A stretch of 64,000 nucleotides of DNA from Octopus sinensis (lineage: Eukaryota): contig NC_043001.1 in the NCBI RefSeq assembly GCF_006345805.1, positions 81,158,001-81,222,000 on the forward strand, read 5' to 3'. Below the pieces are notes generated by a model. That model was not told where the DNA came from, did no database searches, and saw only the letters and a program-made list of their open reading frames with translations. Position 1 is the first letter of the stretch. Each line of letters begins with the position of its first letter. Below are positions 62,251 to 64,000 of the stretch, in pieces. The position numbers and the translations under genes were made by a program.

Positions 62251-63453
62251 GGTAAGCGCAATGATGCCAGTTGAATATTGGGATCAATGAAATCAACTTA
62301 TTCCCTGCCCCAAAATTGCTGGCCTTGTGCCAAAATTTGAAACCATTATTATTGTTATTATAGTTAATCTCCTCCTCCTCCTACCCTCCTCTTTCTCTTT
62401 TCATTCTCCTCCTCCTTTCCTTCTCCTTTCCTCCCCTTCTTTATTGATATTGTTATTACTCTTATAGGTATTATTCTTATATTGATAAGTGTGTAAGAAA
62501 ACGTTATTTTGAAGAAAGAAGTAAAACCCAAAGTGTAAAATAAATGAAATTCTTTGTTTATTTTGCACACTGTGTGTGTATGTGCATGCGTGTGTGCGTG
62601 TGTAATTTTTGGCACAGATTCTTTCGTTCAGTCTTAACTTTCCCCTCCCCCCCCACTACTGGTAGCGGGAGCGTTCCTTATGTTCGTTTGTTTTTATGAA
62701 GCCACTCTGTTATGTTGAGAGTATTTTGGCAAATTGTCCCAGTCCTTACATTTAGGTTCTTCCCTTAAAAAAGAGAACGGAAAAGTAAAAATATTCATCA
62801 TGGGTGTATGTGTGTTGTATATATGTTTGTAAGTATCTTGTGTGTATGTATTGTATGTGTGTTTTTCTTGGAGACTGATGGATTACAAAGAATTATATAA
62901 TGCATGAAAATTGTATATGCATAGAAACAGCTTCATGTGTGTGTGCACTGGGTTGTCTTACTCATTGTGTGCATATGAAACTTGCAGAGAGTGTATATAA
63001 AAGTATTTGCAAGCACATATAAAACACTTATCTCCTGTTTTCTCTCTCCTTTCTTTCTAATCCTACCTCTGTCTCCCCCTCCCTAAATAGTTATGTAGAT
63101 ACTTGTTCAACATAAATAATGTTTATCTATATTGTTGTATAACATATAATGCTACATATCATATATATCTATATATATTTCTGTATATATATATATATGT
63201 ATGTATGTATAATGCTATATAACACTTATGTGCATTATCATATAACACACACACACATATAGCTTTATAACATTGCTGTAAAACACGCATATATTGCTAT
63301 ATCATATATATTATTATATAACATACACACACACACACTGCTATACAACATATACACAACGTATTGCTAAATGGTGTATTAGTCATTCACATTTGTTATA
63401 GAATAATTTATATTGTAATTCTGATCATGATTTTCCCTATCTCCCCTTTACAG

Positions 63454-63622
63454 ATCACTCTGCAAGTGATGAATCTTCCTCAGGTGAGGGGCCAGTACGA
63501 GTGTGCCTTCTCTGCTTACGGCCGCAACCACACATTGACTACAAATGCTCAGAAGGCCCGCGACCAGGTGATCTGTCGCACACCCATCAGTAGTAAACTC
63601 CCTCCAATTCCAACTGGCAAAG
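63454..63622 (+). CDS. PlexA: Plexin (plexin-A-like) coding exon, IPT/TIG-like segment after PSI
   Basis: Acceptor ctatctcccctttacag ending 63453, donor AAAG|gtaagt at 63623. 169 nt, phase 0 to 1, in frame with the previous exon. Reads ITLQVMNLPQVRGQYECAFSAYGRNHTLTTNAQKARDQVICRTPISSKLPPIPTGK (LPQ..CAF..V.C.TP..LP.I..GK plexin signature). Lies inside ORF 63364..63690. Confidence 0.9.
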
Positions 63623-63914
63623 GTAAGTTGTCTTCCTCTTTTATTTTTCTCCAAACCCTCTCTCTCTCTTTCTCTGAACCCTATCGTTAGTTTGTGAGGT
63701 CATTTCTATAATTCTTTTTAATCAACACCAAGCTATGTTGTTTGATATTTGTCTTTCCATTTTCACTTAAGGTACCAGGATTTGTAGCAATTAGCTGTAC
63801 TTGAGAAGTCACATCAAACTAAGTAAAATTGTGGCCATCCATACATACAGGCATGTCCTTTATGGCCATGGTTTCCCATCCCCATGCCCTCTCACAGCTG
63901 AGAAGTCTTCGTCT

Positions 63915-64000
63915 TGCAGGTGCCAGTGCCACATAAAATGCATTCATGCTGGTAGGATATAAAAAGCACCCAGCACACTCTGTAAAATGGTTAGCATTAG
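63915..64000 (+). mobile_element. RTE 3'UTR fragment, cut by the window end
   Basis: TAAAAAGCACCCAGCACACTCTGTAAA.TGGTTAGCATTAG. Confidence 0.65.

Larger units (their letters stand above)
57555..63453 (+). other. Plexin intron, 5899 bp, GT-AG, phase 0
   Basis: GTATGT donor and CAG acceptor join the two exons into one open plexin frame. Confidence 0.85.

Overview
AT-rich eukaryotic (animal) genomic DNA, saturated with microsatellites and interspersed repeats. The repeat landscape (tRNA-derived SINEs, RTE LINEs ending in (TGA)n, very high simple-repeat density) fits a coleoid cephalopod, most likely Octopus (inference). The only host coding sequence I can support is two + strand exons of a plexin, probably plexin-A-like: 57416-57554 (end of a PSI domain) and 63454-63622. 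They splice in frame across a 5.9 kb GT-AG intron. I found no preceding plexin exon by eye in 1-57415, so most of the window appears to be one intron of more than 57 kb. That intron holds a 5'-truncated RTE LINE with a PHD-finger-like insert after the RT core, a second RTE-family fragment and a Penelope-like RT remnant. It also holds a degenerate hammerhead-ribozyme-like motif, an internally deleted DD37D (maT) Tc1/mariner element, four hAT MITEs with 8-bp TSDs, TTAA-bounded piggyBac-like MITEs, a Helentron-type HINE, and dozens of copies of three tRNA-SINE families. Almost all ORFs in the supplied track are artefacts of microsatellites. I did not find a high-confidence new biological system. 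The best leads are the PHD-in-RTE architecture, the hammerhead motif, a modular SINE with swappable LINE-like tails, close inverted SINE pairs (possible ADAR or back-splicing substrates), and a CpG-retaining cryptic exon/promoter at about 50 kb. Repeat boundaries are read by eye and are approximate unless a TSD or TIR is quoted. Family names SINE-A/B/C are my own labels.
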